A stretch of 58,334 bases of DNA from Rickettsiales bacterium. GTDB lineage: Bacteria > Pseudomonadota > Alphaproteobacteria > Rickettsiales > BLZN01. Within the stretch, counting starts at the first letter, position 1; each line of letters opens with the position of its first letter. The notes under the pieces are model-generated. The model ran no database searches. It was not told where the DNA came from and was given only the letters and a program-made list of their open reading frames with translations. Shown in pieces: positions 9,334 through 18,043 of this stretch. Made by a program: the position numbers and the translations under genes. The stretch covers positions 1 through 58,334 of the forward strand of contig BLZN01000132.1 of assembly GCA_014132315.1 (NCBI GenBank), written 5' to 3'.

Positions 9334-11079
9334 TTATAATCTGTCTGTAATGTCAGCCACGCGACCCAGCTCCGGAATATCAATGACACCAGAGAGCACC
9401 TTCTGAATACCAGACTCCAACATCGGCACAAAACCACCCTTTTCCACTGCACATTTCCTAATCGCTTTAGCAGAAGCACCAGTAGATATCAGCTCAGCCA
9501 GATCTTCATCAATTCCCAGAATCTCACAAATCACCACCCTACCAGAATAACCAATATCAAGGCAATGGTGGCAGCCAACTTTGCGAAAAATTTTAACCGG
9601 AGACTTAATACCCAAAATCTTACATTCTTCCTCAGAGCAGACATATTCTTCCCTGCAATGTCTACACAGCTTCCTGACCAGTCTCTGAGAAATAACGCCG
9701 ATCAGGGCGCTAGCAAGCATTTTTGGGTCAATACCAATATTCACTATCCTGGGAATAATTCCAGCTGCATCATTAGCATGAATGGTGGTGAATACTTTAT
9801 GTCCGGTCATGGAGGCACGTATGGCCAGATTAGCTGCCTTCTCATCCCGAATCTCTCCAATAAAAATTATGTCAGGGTCCTGCCTTAGCAAAGACTTAAT
9901 ACCTTCATCAAAAGAAAAGGAGCTCCCTGCCGTTCTTGCGTCTGATTGCCTGATCACTGGCAAGCTATATTCCACCGGATCTTCCATGGTCATAATATTA
10001 ACTTCCAAGGAATTTATATGGTTTAATATGGAATAAAGGGTAGTGGTTTTGCCGCTGCCAGTAGGGCCAGTAACCACTATGATACCCTCTGGTTTCATGA
10101 GCATTTTCTTTAAAGTTGAATAGTTATGTTCGGTTAAGCCAAGATCCTCTAAAGGTATTAAAGATTTCTTTTTGTCCAAAATTCTTATAACAATATTTTC
10201 CCCATGTATGGTGGGCTGAGTTGCAACGCGCAGGTCAATAGCCTGACCAGACTGATTATAAGAAATACGTCCGTCCTGCGGGTGGCGCTTCTCAGCAATG
10301 TTCATACCTGCTAAAATTTTAACCCTGACCGCAACGCTGTTCCAATAATCCTTATGAAAACTGCACACCTGAATCAACATGCCATCAATCCGATAACGCA
10401 GCCTCAGGAAAGATTCCTCCGGCTCAAAGTGAATATCAGATGCGCCTTTTTTAAAGGCATCTGATATTATCGAGTCAACCAACCTAACCGTGGGATTAGT
10501 ATATTCATCAATGTTGCTAGCTAGCGACTCAGCTTCCTTGCCCAGCTCCTCCATCTCTTTGAGAATGCCCTCAACTGACATTTCATAGCCATAATAGCGA
10601 TCTATGGCCTCTACTATATCCGCCTCAAAAGCATGTAAAGGTATGACTTTACAACCTTTAGGACAATATCTATTAAGTTTATCTACAAGCACAATATCGT
10701 AAATATCAGTGATGGCAACATAAAGTCGATCACCCGCTAAAGACACAGCTATGGCCTTGTCCGCTAATGCAACATCCTTAGGAATTATATTAATCACATT
10801 AGCGTCGAGCCTTGCGGATTTTAAATCAAAATCTTTTATGCCCTTCTGTCCGGATAGGACATCTTTTAAGGCACTTTCTGTTATAAATCCCAGCTCCACC
10901 AATATCTGAGCTAATGCTTTTTTATTAGGGCTTTCTTGATAAATCTTGAGCCCTATATCCAGCTGGTCCTGAGATATCAAGCCAGCTTTAACAAGATGAC
11001 CATGGAGCTCCTCGGTGCTTTCTGGCTTGTTTATATTAATATTTGGCTTTTTACTCATCTCTCCAGCAGACAGCATCAC
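9334..11079 (-). CDS. GspE/PilB-family secretion/type IV pilus assembly ATPase
   Basis: 581 aa with N-terminal T2SSE_N/MshEN-like helical repeats (LVKAGLISQDQLDIGL, LAQILVELGFITESALKDVL). Walker A is VTGPTGSGKTTT. A tetracysteine motif is present (CRHCREEY...CHHC). No other pilus or T2SS genes are adjacent. Confidence 0.88.
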   Translation of the reverse strand: MMLSAGEMSKKPNININKPESTEELHGHLVKAGLISQDQLDIGLKIYQESPNKKALAQILVELGFITESALKDVLSGQKGIKDFDLKSARLDANVINIIPKDVALADKAIAVSLAGDRLYVAITDIYDIVLVDKLNRYCPKGCKVIPLHAFEADIVEAIDRYYGYEMSVEGILKEMEELGKEAESLASNIDEYTNPTVRLVDSIISDAFKKGASDIHFEPEESFLRLRYRIDGMLIQVCSFHKDYWNSVAVRVKILAGMNIAEKRHPQDGRISYNQSGQAIDLRVATQPTIHGENIVIRILDKKKSLIPLEDLGLTEHNYSTLKKMLMKPEGIIVVTGPTGSGKTTTLYSILNHINSLEVNIMTMEDPVEYSLPVIRQSDARTAGSSFSFDEGIKSLLRQDPDIIFIGEIRDEKAANLAIRASMTGHKVFTTIHANDAAGIIPRIVNIGIDPKMLASALIGVISQRLVRKLCRHCREEYVCSEEECKILGIKSPVKIFRKVGCHHCLDIGYSGRVVICEILGIDEDLAELISTGASAKAIRKCAVEKGGFVPMLESGIQKVLSGVIDIPELGRVADITDRL

Positions 11080-11216
11080 AAAGACCTAACTCCATAACTA
11101 AATCAATCATACTCAAATAATATTAAACCAAGCTTAATGGTTGTGCTTTTTGCACAAATAGACTAGTTTCAAGCTACTATCGAGGCTATGAAATAACTTT
11201 TCCCAATAAATAATAT

Positions 11217-12110
11217 ATGCAAAAATACTGCGCTCACACGCCAGTTTTATTAAAAGAAGCAATAGATATGATCTCACCAAGGGAAGGAGGAATATATGTG
11301 GATTGCACTTTCGGAGCCGGAGGGCACAGCAGAGCCTTGCTTGAGGCTGCAAAATGTAAGGTCTATGCCATAGACAAAGACCCTGACACCAAAAATTTTT
11401 TTATAGAAATGCAAAAAGAATTCGGGGAGCGGATAGATTTTCTGCATGGCAACTTCAGCCTTATGCAGCCCATGCTGGCAGAGAAAGGGGTAAATTCGGT
11501 CAATGGAATTATACTAGATCTCGGGGTGTCCTCGATGCAGCTGGAGCAGGCAGAGCGCGGCTTCTCCTTCATGCACACGGGCACACTCGACATGCGAATG
11601 AGCCAGGAAGGCCTGGATGCAAAAAAATTTATTAACCAGGCGAATGAGAAAAAATTAGCAGATATAATATATCAATATGGCGACGAGCCCAGATCACGCC
11701 GTGTCGCAAAAGCCATAACCCAAGCCAGAGGCAAAAAAGCAATAGAAACTACTACCGAACTCGCAGAAATAATCCGCATGGCCATCCCAAGAGGCAAAAA
11801 GAAAATAGACACAGCGACAAAAACATTTCAGGCAATCCGCATTTGGCTCAATGACGAGCTGGCAGAACTCAAAGCAGGCCTGGATGCAGCGGCCAATTTG
11901 CTGGCACCAGAAGGTAGGCTGGTAGTTATTGCATTCCACTCGCTTGAAGATAAAATCGTCAAGGACTTTGTCCGCTTGCTATGCAAAAAAGAACCAAAAG
12001 AATTTATGGCCCTGAACAAAAAAATTATAAGACCGAGCATGACGGAGATCAAAAGTAATCCCCGTGCTAGGTCAGCACGCATGAGGGCGACCCAGAAGCT
12101 GGATAATTAA
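11217..12110 (+). CDS. rsmH: 16S rRNA (cytosine1402-N4)-methyltransferase RsmH (MraW)
   Basis: 297 aa with DCTFGAGGHS and LDLGVSSMQL motifs. Not followed by ftsL/ftsI. Confidence 0.92.
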   Translation: MQKYCAHTPVLLKEAIDMISPREGGIYVDCTFGAGGHSRALLEAAKCKVYAIDKDPDTKNFFIEMQKEFGERIDFLHGNFSLMQPMLAEKGVNSVNGIILDLGVSSMQLEQAERGFSFMHTGTLDMRMSQEGLDAKKFINQANEKKLADIIYQYGDEPRSRRVAKAITQARGKKAIETTTELAEIIRMAIPRGKKKIDTATKTFQAIRIWLNDELAELKAGLDAAANLLAPEGRLVVIAFHSLEDKIVKDFVRLLCKKEPKEFMALNKKIIRPSMTEIKSNPRARSARMRATQKLDN

Positions 12111-12130
12111 TTTATTGCTTGATATATTGG

Positions 12131-12796
12131 TTATTTTATGCGCATTAAGGATCCCGCTTTCATCTCAAATATAAGATCCGATTTGTCAGCCAGCTTAGAG
12201 TTATGGGTGGCCAGCAAAACCGCAGCATTCAAATCCCTTGCAGCACTTACGAAGGCATCAAAAGCAATATCTGCGGCCTTATCATCAAGATTGCCCGTGG
12301 GCTCGTCCGCAAGCAGCAGCGCTGGCTCTTTCGCTAGCGCCCTAGCAATTGCAACGCGCTGCCTCTCGCCACCAGAAAGCTCAGCAGGCAGAGAATGCAT
12401 CTTTTTTTTCAGGCCTAACCTATACAAAATAGATTCTGATGCCTTCCTGCTATTTTTTGCCGCATCACCCATTATAATTCGCGATAGCATGACATTTTCA
12501 AGCACGGATAATTCTGGCAATAAATGATGAAATTGATATACAAAGCCCAGCATTTCTCTTCTTATTTGCACGCGCTGCTTCTCAGAAATATTGCTGCACT
12601 CAATTCCCTTGATGTAGATCCGTCCCTCGCTAGGGACGTCAATTAGGCCGGCTATCTGCAAAAGAGTTGTTTTGCCAGAGCCCGAAGGACCAACTACAGC
12701 AGCCACCTCACCCGCTCTCACTTCCAGATTAATGCTGTTTATTATGGCTGCCTCATCATAGTGCTTGCCGATAGATTGCAGCCTTAAGATTGACAC
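12131..12796 (-). CDS. lolD: Lipoprotein-releasing ABC transporter ATP-binding protein LolD
   Basis: 221 aa with Walker A GPSGSGKTT, signature LSGGERQRVAIARAL and Walker B LLLADEPTGNLD. The LolD call over other MacB-type ATPases is based on overall resemblance. Confidence 0.8.
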   Translation of the reverse strand: MSILRLQSIGKHYDEAAIINSINLEVRAGEVAAVVGPSGSGKTTLLQIAGLIDVPSEGRIYIKGIECSNISEKQRVQIRREMLGFVYQFHHLLPELSVLENVMLSRIIMGDAAKNSRKASESILYRLGLKKKMHSLPAELSGGERQRVAIARALAKEPALLLADEPTGNLDDKAADIAFDAFVSAARDLNAAVLLATHNSKLADKSDLIFEMKAGSLMRIK

Positions 12797-12854
12797 AAAT
12801 TCTCATAACATCTTATATAGATAGGCGACCTACATAGAAGATAGTCAATTGCAG

Positions 12855-13175
12855 CTAAATCAGCCCGTCAAAATTAGCGGGAATGCCAAGTCTGCTAAGC
12901 AAATCAGTAATGCCACCGCCAGCATCTTCGTTGACCTTGCGCCTTGCATCATTATATGCGGCTTTTATCAAATCCTCTATTACTTCACGTTCCATTTTCA
13001 AAATTTCTGGCTCAATCTTAATAGACTTCATCTCATATTTGCCATCTATAATAACCACCACCATGCCAGCAGCGGTAGATCCTTTATATTCCTTTGCCGC
13101 AAATTGCTCCCTGGCTTTTTCAAAGTCGTCCTTTGATCCCATTAATTTTTTAAATAAATCTTCAACATCTGCCAT
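12855..13175 (-). CDS. ybaB: Nucleoid-associated protein YbaB/EbfC
   Basis: 106 aa. Position directly downstream of dnaX (14-nt overlap) and sequence pattern (GMVVVIIDGKYEMKSIKIEPEIL) are typical of the family. Confidence 0.9.
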   Translation of the reverse strand: MADVEDLFKKLMGSKDDFEKAREQFAAKEYKGSTAAGMVVVIIDGKYEMKSIKIEPEILKMEREVIEDLIKAAYNDARRKVNEDAGGGITDLLSRLGIPANFDGLI

Positions 13176-14814
13176 TTTCGCCCACTAAATTTATGTCATG
13201 CACGGAACAATCGAACAAATCTATAATAGTACGCACTATATCAAACTTCAATAAAAATCTAGAATCTGCATTAGAATCATCAACATTGCGTCTCACCGAA
13301 ACCTCCCAATGCTTCTTGGTCCACTTTTTTAAGCATTTGGCTAGCGTGCTCTTGATATAATCCTCAGCAACCGCATCGTCTGCCAGCAACTCGACAAAAC
13401 CTTCCCTGAAGTTAATCAGCTTCGCATTGCTTCGCAGATAGCAAGACAGAATCATCTGGTTTTTTTCTTTACACAGAGAGATCAGCCCATCAAAACTATT
13501 AAAACTAAAGCTATTAATTGAAGTAGCTGGATCATCAATACACTCCCTATCCTTCTTGCTTTCTGCGCCTGCTTTACTGCTTGCCGAGAGATCATTATTT
13601 ATAACCGTGGTAGAGCGAGAAAAATTTTGCTCTTGGGGGCTCTTTATAGAGCCAGGACCATCATATTTCTTTTCAGATTTAGCTGGCGTTGGAGAATTTT
13701 GCTGCAGATTCTTTATAACTTCAGCCGGAGAAGGCAGGCTAGATAAGCAAGATAATCTGATCAGCAAAATCTCAGCCGCCATATAGTAATTCGTGGTTAG
13801 ATTTATCTCTGCAACTCCCCTCGCAAGCACCTGCCATGCTCTGTTCAAAAACTCCAGAGAAAGCAATGGTGCGAGCGTAGTTGCCCTTTTGATTAAATTT
13901 TCAGAATATTCAACAGATTCATAGTTAGCGCTCAGCCTGAGCCTGATCAACAGATGCAGCAGCTCCAAAATATGCTGCAAAGCGAGAACTGGATCATCTC
14001 CGGACTCATACAAATTTTTGAATAAAGATAGCGCCTGTTCAGTCCTGCCTGCCAATAAACTTTCCATAATATCAAACAGCTGTGTCTTATCAGAGATACC
14101 GAAAATCTCCTTCACCTCTTCAGCAGTAATAGCATGGCTGCGCTGCGAATAAGAAATCACCTGATCCAGCAAAGACAGGGCATCTCGCACCGAGCCGCCG
14201 GCAAAACTTGCGACCATCTTCGCTGCATTCTGCTCAGCCTGCACATTTTCCTTCACCAAAATACTGAGCAAATGCTGACTCAGGGACTCTGCGGTTAATC
14301 TTTTAAGAGCAAAATTCTGACAACGAGAAATTACAGTGAGTGGCACCTTTTTTTTCTCGGTGGTGGCAAAGATAAATTTGATGTGCGCAGGCGGCTCCTC
14401 CAAGAGCTTCAGCAGAGCGTTAAAGGCGCTATTGGAAAGCATATGAACTTCATCTATTATATAGACTCTATATCTAGCGCTGACCGGCAAGTAACAGGCA
14501 TTATCAATTATCTCCCTAATCTCATCAACTCCGGTGTGGCTGGCTGCATCAATCTCTAGGACGTCAGGATGACAGGATTTTTTTATTGCAGTGCAGCTCT
14601 CGCATTCTCCGCAGGGTTCCTGCGCATAATTTTGGCAATTAATCGCCATGGCAATTATGCGTGCAGAGCTGGTTTTGCCGATTCCGTGGCTGCCGGTCAG
14701 TAGAAATGCATTTGCCACTCTATCAAGCGATATTGCGCTCTTTATAGTCTCAACTAAAATTTCTTGCCCAATTAAATCAGCAAATTTTCTGGGCCTATAT
14801 TTATTTGCCAGCAT
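13162..14814 (-). CDS. dnaX: DNA polymerase III subunit gamma/tau
   Basis: Walker A GSHGIGKTS, zinc module CGECESCTAIKKSCHPDV, DEVHML, and SRC motif (ISRCQNF). Start moved to the ATG at 14814 (MLANKYRPRKF...), because the ORF-track extension to 14859 runs into the SRP RNA gene. Confidence 0.92.
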   Translation of the reverse strand: MLANKYRPRKFADLIGQEILVETIKSAISLDRVANAFLLTGSHGIGKTSSARIIAMAINCQNYAQEPCGECESCTAIKKSCHPDVLEIDAASHTGVDEIREIIDNACYLPVSARYRVYIIDEVHMLSNSAFNALLKLLEEPPAHIKFIFATTEKKKVPLTVISRCQNFALKRLTAESLSQHLLSILVKENVQAEQNAAKMVASFAGGSVRDALSLLDQVISYSQRSHAITAEEVKEIFGISDKTQLFDIMESLLAGRTEQALSLFKNLYESGDDPVLALQHILELLHLLIRLRLSANYESVEYSENLIKRATTLAPLLSLEFLNRAWQVLARGVAEINLTTNYYMAAEILLIRLSCLSSLPSPAEVIKNLQQNSPTPAKSEKKYDGPGSIKSPQEQNFSRSTTVINNDLSASSKAGAESKKDRECIDDPATSINSFSFNSFDGLISLCKEKNQMILSCYLRSNAKLINFREGFVELLADDAVAEDYIKSTLAKCLKKWTKKHWEVSVRRNVDDSNADSRFLLKFDIVRTIIDLFDCSVHDINLVGENGRC

Positions 14815-14836
14815 ATATGCTTTTAAACAGAAAATA

Positions 14837-14913
14837 TAGCCTGACCCAAGCGGAGCCACTGTGGCTGCTTCATTTCTGACCTGACCTGGTCAGCAGCCCG
14901 CTTGCCCAGACTA
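14837..14913 (-). ncRNA. ffs: Signal recognition particle RNA (4.5S, small type)
   Basis: Minus strand reads TAGTCTGGGCAAGCGGGCTGCTGACCAGGTCAGGTCAGAAATGAAGCAGCCACAGTGGCTCCGCTTGGGTCAGGCTA. It contains the conserved domain IV core CCAGGTCAGGTC-(GAAA loop)-GAAGCAGCC. The flanks pair over about 15 bp. Placement upstream of dnaX is the classic arrangement. The ends are approximate. Confidence 0.85.
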
Positions 14914-14949
14914 CTCCAATTTAACTAACATAAAACCACACTAATAGCA

Positions 14950-14972
14950 AATAAAACTGCATTGTGCAGCGG
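14950..14972 (-). terminator. Candidate intrinsic terminator after the nuo-mrp gene run
   Basis: Minus strand reads GCTGCA-CAA-TGCAGT followed by TTTTATTTG, directly after the mrpC-like stop. The stem is only 5-6 bp with a 3-nt loop, so it is weak. Confidence 0.35.
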
Positions 14973-14983
14973 TGCCGGGCCGG

Positions 14984-15373
14984 CTAGGTTACCGAAGAAT
15001 TCGGGGCAGAATGATGAATAGCTACCTCATCAATAGCTCCAAAACTTTCCTTTATGCGCACGGCAATGGCAAGACCCACAGAAAGGGTTGCAACACCAAC
15101 AACTATGGCAGTCAACATCAATACATGAGGTATGGGGTTGCTGTATATAATATCTTTTTCTGCTTTGAGTATGGGCGGAGATGCATTTTCCATAAAACCA
15201 AGCGAGATATAAAAAAGCAGCACCGAGGTTTGGAATATTGTCATGCCTACTAATTTTTTAATCAGATTGCTGCTCGATATCATAATGTACATACCTATGA
15301 TCATCAGCAGAACGGTGACGTAATAATTATAGATACCAAAAATCTCGCTAATCATTTTTCCTCCTAGTGGCAA
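14984..15373 (-). CDS. mrpC: Mrp/Mnh antiporter subunit C (NuoK-like)
   Basis: 129 aa with three TM segments and the MnhC/NuoK-like pattern. An alternative start at 15355 (MISEIFG...) is possible. Confidence 0.8.
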   Translation of the reverse strand: MPLGGKMISEIFGIYNYYVTVLLMIIGMYIMISSSNLIKKLVGMTIFQTSVLLFYISLGFMENASPPILKAEKDIIYSNPIPHVLMLTAIVVGVATLSVGLAIAVRIKESFGAIDEVAIHHSAPNSSVT

Positions 15374-15791
15374 AACTAAAATAAATAATTAACATCGCAG
15401 AGAAAACTGTCATTCCCACGCCTAACTCCACCAGAAATATCCCGAGCTTCTGACCAAAATTTTCAGCGAAAGCCGAATAATCCAAAAAATTCCTGCCGCA
15501 AAATATTCCCGCTAAGCCAGTGCTAGAATAAGCCAACACCCCAGCCGCTGCCATGGACCTCAAAAAAGACATGGGAATTACTGAAATCATAATGTCCGCT
15601 CCCAGGAATAGTGAGAATAAGATTATAGGAGCAGCCAGGATAACTCCTGCCTGGAAACCCCCCCCAGGACTATATTCTCCGTTCAACTGGACATATATCG
15701 CATACAACGCCACAAATGGAATGAGTAATGCTGAGAAGACCCTTAAAATAGGCTTATCTTCCATCTTATGCGTTTTATGTATCTTTCTCAT
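15348..15791 (-). CDS. mrpB: Mrp/Mnh antiporter subunit B (MnhB domain, MbhF-like half)
   Basis: 147 aa membrane protein with the MnhB hallmark SPGGGFQAG. An alternative start at 15764 (MEDKPIL...) is possible. Confidence 0.8.
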   Translation of the reverse strand: MRKIHKTHKMEDKPILRVFSALLIPFVALYAIYVQLNGEYSPGGGFQAGVILAAPIILFSLFLGADIMISVIPMSFLRSMAAAGVLAYSSTGLAGIFCGRNFLDYSAFAENFGQKLGIFLVELGVGMTVFSAMLIIYFSFATRRKND

Positions 15792-16323
15792 CCCTGTCCC
15801 AAAGCATCAACATAACTGAAACCGCAGCAACCAGCACTACTGCCGTCTCGCCCAAAGTGTCGTAGCCCCTGAAGCTCGCTAGTATAGCAGTTACCACGTT
15901 AGTAAAGCCCATAAATTTCCTGGTGCCTTCTATGTAATAAGCAGCGATCTGATTATGCACAGGAGCACCACTCCAGCCAAATGCAGGCATGTCCTGAACT
16001 GCATAAAATAAACCAATTCCCACCAGCGCCACTATCAAAAAAGACAGAGCATTAACTGTTCTTTTTTCTCTTCTGCTTTCATGTCTCCCGGCCAGAGAAA
16101 TAGCCGCTAAAAGCACTACAGTACTGATTCCTGCGCCAACTGCAGCCTCGGTTATAGCAACGTCAGGCGCATCCATAACTAAATATGCAGCCGCCATGAG
16201 CAAGCTAAATATGCTAAGCAAAACTGTTACTACCAGCAAATCAGTGGAGCACACTATCGCCAAAGCACTCACCAACAAAAACAGCAATAGCAAAGAATCA
16301 ACTATATATACCATGTCAATCAT
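15775..16323 (-). CDS. Mrp-type subunit: DUF4040 (MrpA C-terminal/MbhD-like) plus N-terminal half of MnhB domain (MbhE-like)
   Basis: 182 aa. The N-terminal three TM segments are typical of DUF4040. The C-terminal region carries the RGYDTLGE motif (VVTAILASFRGYDTLGE) that I associate with the start of the MnhB domain. Confidence 0.7.
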   Translation of the reverse strand: MIDMVYIVDSLLLLFLLVSALAIVCSTDLLVVTVLLSIFSLLMAAAYLVMDAPDVAITEAAVGAGISTVVLLAAISLAGRHESRREKRTVNALSFLIVALVGIGLFYAVQDMPAFGWSGAPVHNQIAAYYIEGTRKFMGFTNVVTAILASFRGYDTLGETAVVLVAAVSVMLMLWDRDEKDT

Positions 16324-16627
16324 TGCTATACTCTTTATATGCTTTATTAGAGGCGACCTTATTTGTATATGCAGCTTCTGCGAGTATATAGCAGGCAGTG
16401 GCGGATGTCGCCCATAAAAAAATTATTATAAGCAAAATTTTAGCCATCACAAGAAAAGGCGGTGAGTATGCAAAAATCATCCCAATTAGCATCAATGGCA
16501 CACCAAAGGAATCAGTGATCCCGGCCGGATGCAAACGTGAATAAAAATCCGGGAATCTAAAAATACCAACAGATCCCGTAAGGACCATGACAGCACCGAA
16601 AAATATCAAGAAATAGCCAAGATACAT
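16316..16627 (-). CDS. mrpG: Mrp/Mnh antiporter subunit G (MnhG/PhaG)
   Basis: 103 aa with the motif GSVGIFRFPDFYSRLHPAGITDSFG, typical of MnhG/PhaG. The ATG lies 3 nt after the nuoN stop. Confidence 0.85.
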   Translation of the reverse strand: MYLGYFLIFFGAVMVLTGSVGIFRFPDFYSRLHPAGITDSFGVPLMLIGMIFAYSPPFLVMAKILLIIIFLWATSATACYILAEAAYTNKVASNKAYKEYSND

Positions 16628-16630
16628 ATC

Positions 16631-18043
16631 CTAATATCCCAAAGATTCAACCATGAGCACAGCGATATTTTTGACAAAACTAGGCACAGCAAACAATACT
16701 AGATTGGATATCACCGCTAGAAATATAATACCAAGCAGTAATTTAGGGCCGTTAATCGCATAAGATTCCGCGCCACTAAAGCAGGTTATCTTTATAATTC
16801 TCAGGTAATAAGCAATCGATAATACGCTTGCAACAATGGCGACTATTGCCAAAATGAACATTTTGTTTTCCATAATCGACATAAAAACATAAAATTTCGC
16901 AAAAAATCCAACCAAAGGCGGCAAGCCTGCCATGGAAAACATGAATATAGCTGTTGCAAAGGAAATGAAGGAAAAACCAGCAATACGCCTACCAACCTCT
17001 TCAATATTATAATCGGAATCAGAGCCAGGGCTATTGAGCAAATATATTATTATGGTAAACATCCCAACAGCAGAAATCAGATAGATAAGAGTATACAAAA
17101 CAGCTGCAGCTAACCCTTCCCTGGTGCCAGTAACTAGCGCAAGTAATATATAGCCAATATGAGCTATAGAGCCGTAGGCCATGAATCTTTTAATATTCTT
17201 TTGCCTCATTGCTCCTAGCGAGCCTAGAATTATCGATAAAATGGCAAGCAGTGATATGATTTGCTGATTATGCAAAGAGTGCAGCGGATGCGCTAGCATT
17301 CTAATCAGAACTAGCACCCCAGTGAATTTTGACATCGTGGCCAGCAGCATAGTGATTTCCGTGGGTGCACCCTGATACACATCCGGAGTCCACATATGAA
17401 AAGGCACAGCAGAGACCTTAAACAGTAAACCAGATAAAACTAAAGCAAAACCCAGCATAAGAGGCATATCGGTCGCTAAGTCTAAGCTTGCCAGTTGCGC
17501 AAAGTTGGTGGTGCCGGCAAAGCCATATATCAGAGAAAATCCGTATATGGTTATGGCAGAAGCAACAGAGCTCAGAATAAAATATTTAACTCCTGCTTCC
17601 AAAGATCTAGGCTGGCCTCTCTCTATAGAAACCAATATATATAGCGCCAAAGATTGCAGCTCCAAGCTTAAGTAGAGCAGAATCAGATCATTGGCCGAAA
17701 CCGCTAAAAGCATTCCTAATGCTGCGAGCAACAACAAAGCGCAATACTCACAAAATCTCAGATTGCTTCGGGAAACAACGAGCAATGTCGCCAAAAGTGA
17801 TAATATTATTAATTTTGCAACTTTTGCAAAGTCATCAGAGATATATAGCTGATTGAATGCCACTTGATCTGCATAACCCACGCTCGAAACAGTAAAATAT
17901 AGTGCAGAAGCAATAAACACCAAGCTCAAAACAGTAAAAACATGTCTTGACTGCCAAAATGCTCCTAGCAGGATAATAAACAAAGCTGCGGAAAAAACTA
18001 TCAGTTCTGGCAGAGCCAACCACAGCTCACAACTGTAGGTCAT
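16631..18043 (-). CDS. nuoN: NADH-quinone oxidoreductase subunit N
   Basis: 470 aa antiporter-like subunit with the NuoN pattern (LELQSLALYILV, EAGVKYFILSSVASAITIYGFSLIYG). Overlaps the nuoM stop by 4 nt. Confidence 0.9.
   Translation of the reverse strand: MTYSCELWLALPELIVFSAALFIILLGAFWQSRHVFTVLSLVFIASALYFTVSSVGYADQVAFNQLYISDDFAKVAKLIILSLLATLLVVSRSNLRFCEYCALLLLAALGMLLAVSANDLILLYLSLELQSLALYILVSIERGQPRSLEAGVKYFILSSVASAITIYGFSLIYGFAGTTNFAQLASLDLATDMPLMLGFALVLSGLLFKVSAVPFHMWTPDVYQGAPTEITMLLATMSKFTGVLVLIRMLAHPLHSLHNQQIISLLAILSIILGSLGAMRQKNIKRFMAYGSIAHIGYILLALVTGTREGLAAAVLYTLIYLISAVGMFTIIIYLLNSPGSDSDYNIEEVGRRIAGFSFISFATAIFMFSMAGLPPLVGFFAKFYVFMSIMENKMFILAIVAIVASVLSIAYYLRIIKITCFSGAESYAINGPKLLLGIIFLAVISNLVLFAVPSFVKNIAVLMVESLGY

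Noticed and set aside
14341-14360. A AAA AAG heptamer in frame within dnaX (GAG AAA AAA AAG), identical to the E. coli dnaX -1 frameshift slippery site
   Set aside because: It lies at about codon 160 in the conserved TTEKKKVP segment of the ATPase domain, not at the domain III/IV boundary. A -1 shift here would give a non-functional product of roughly 175 aa, and I saw no flanking stimulatory SD or stem-loop.
14815-14859. N-terminal extension of the dnaX ORF (MAPLGSGYIFCLKAY...)
   Set aside because: It overlaps the 3' part of the SRP RNA gene. The conserved DnaX N-terminus (MLANKYRPRKF) begins at the internal ATG at 14814.
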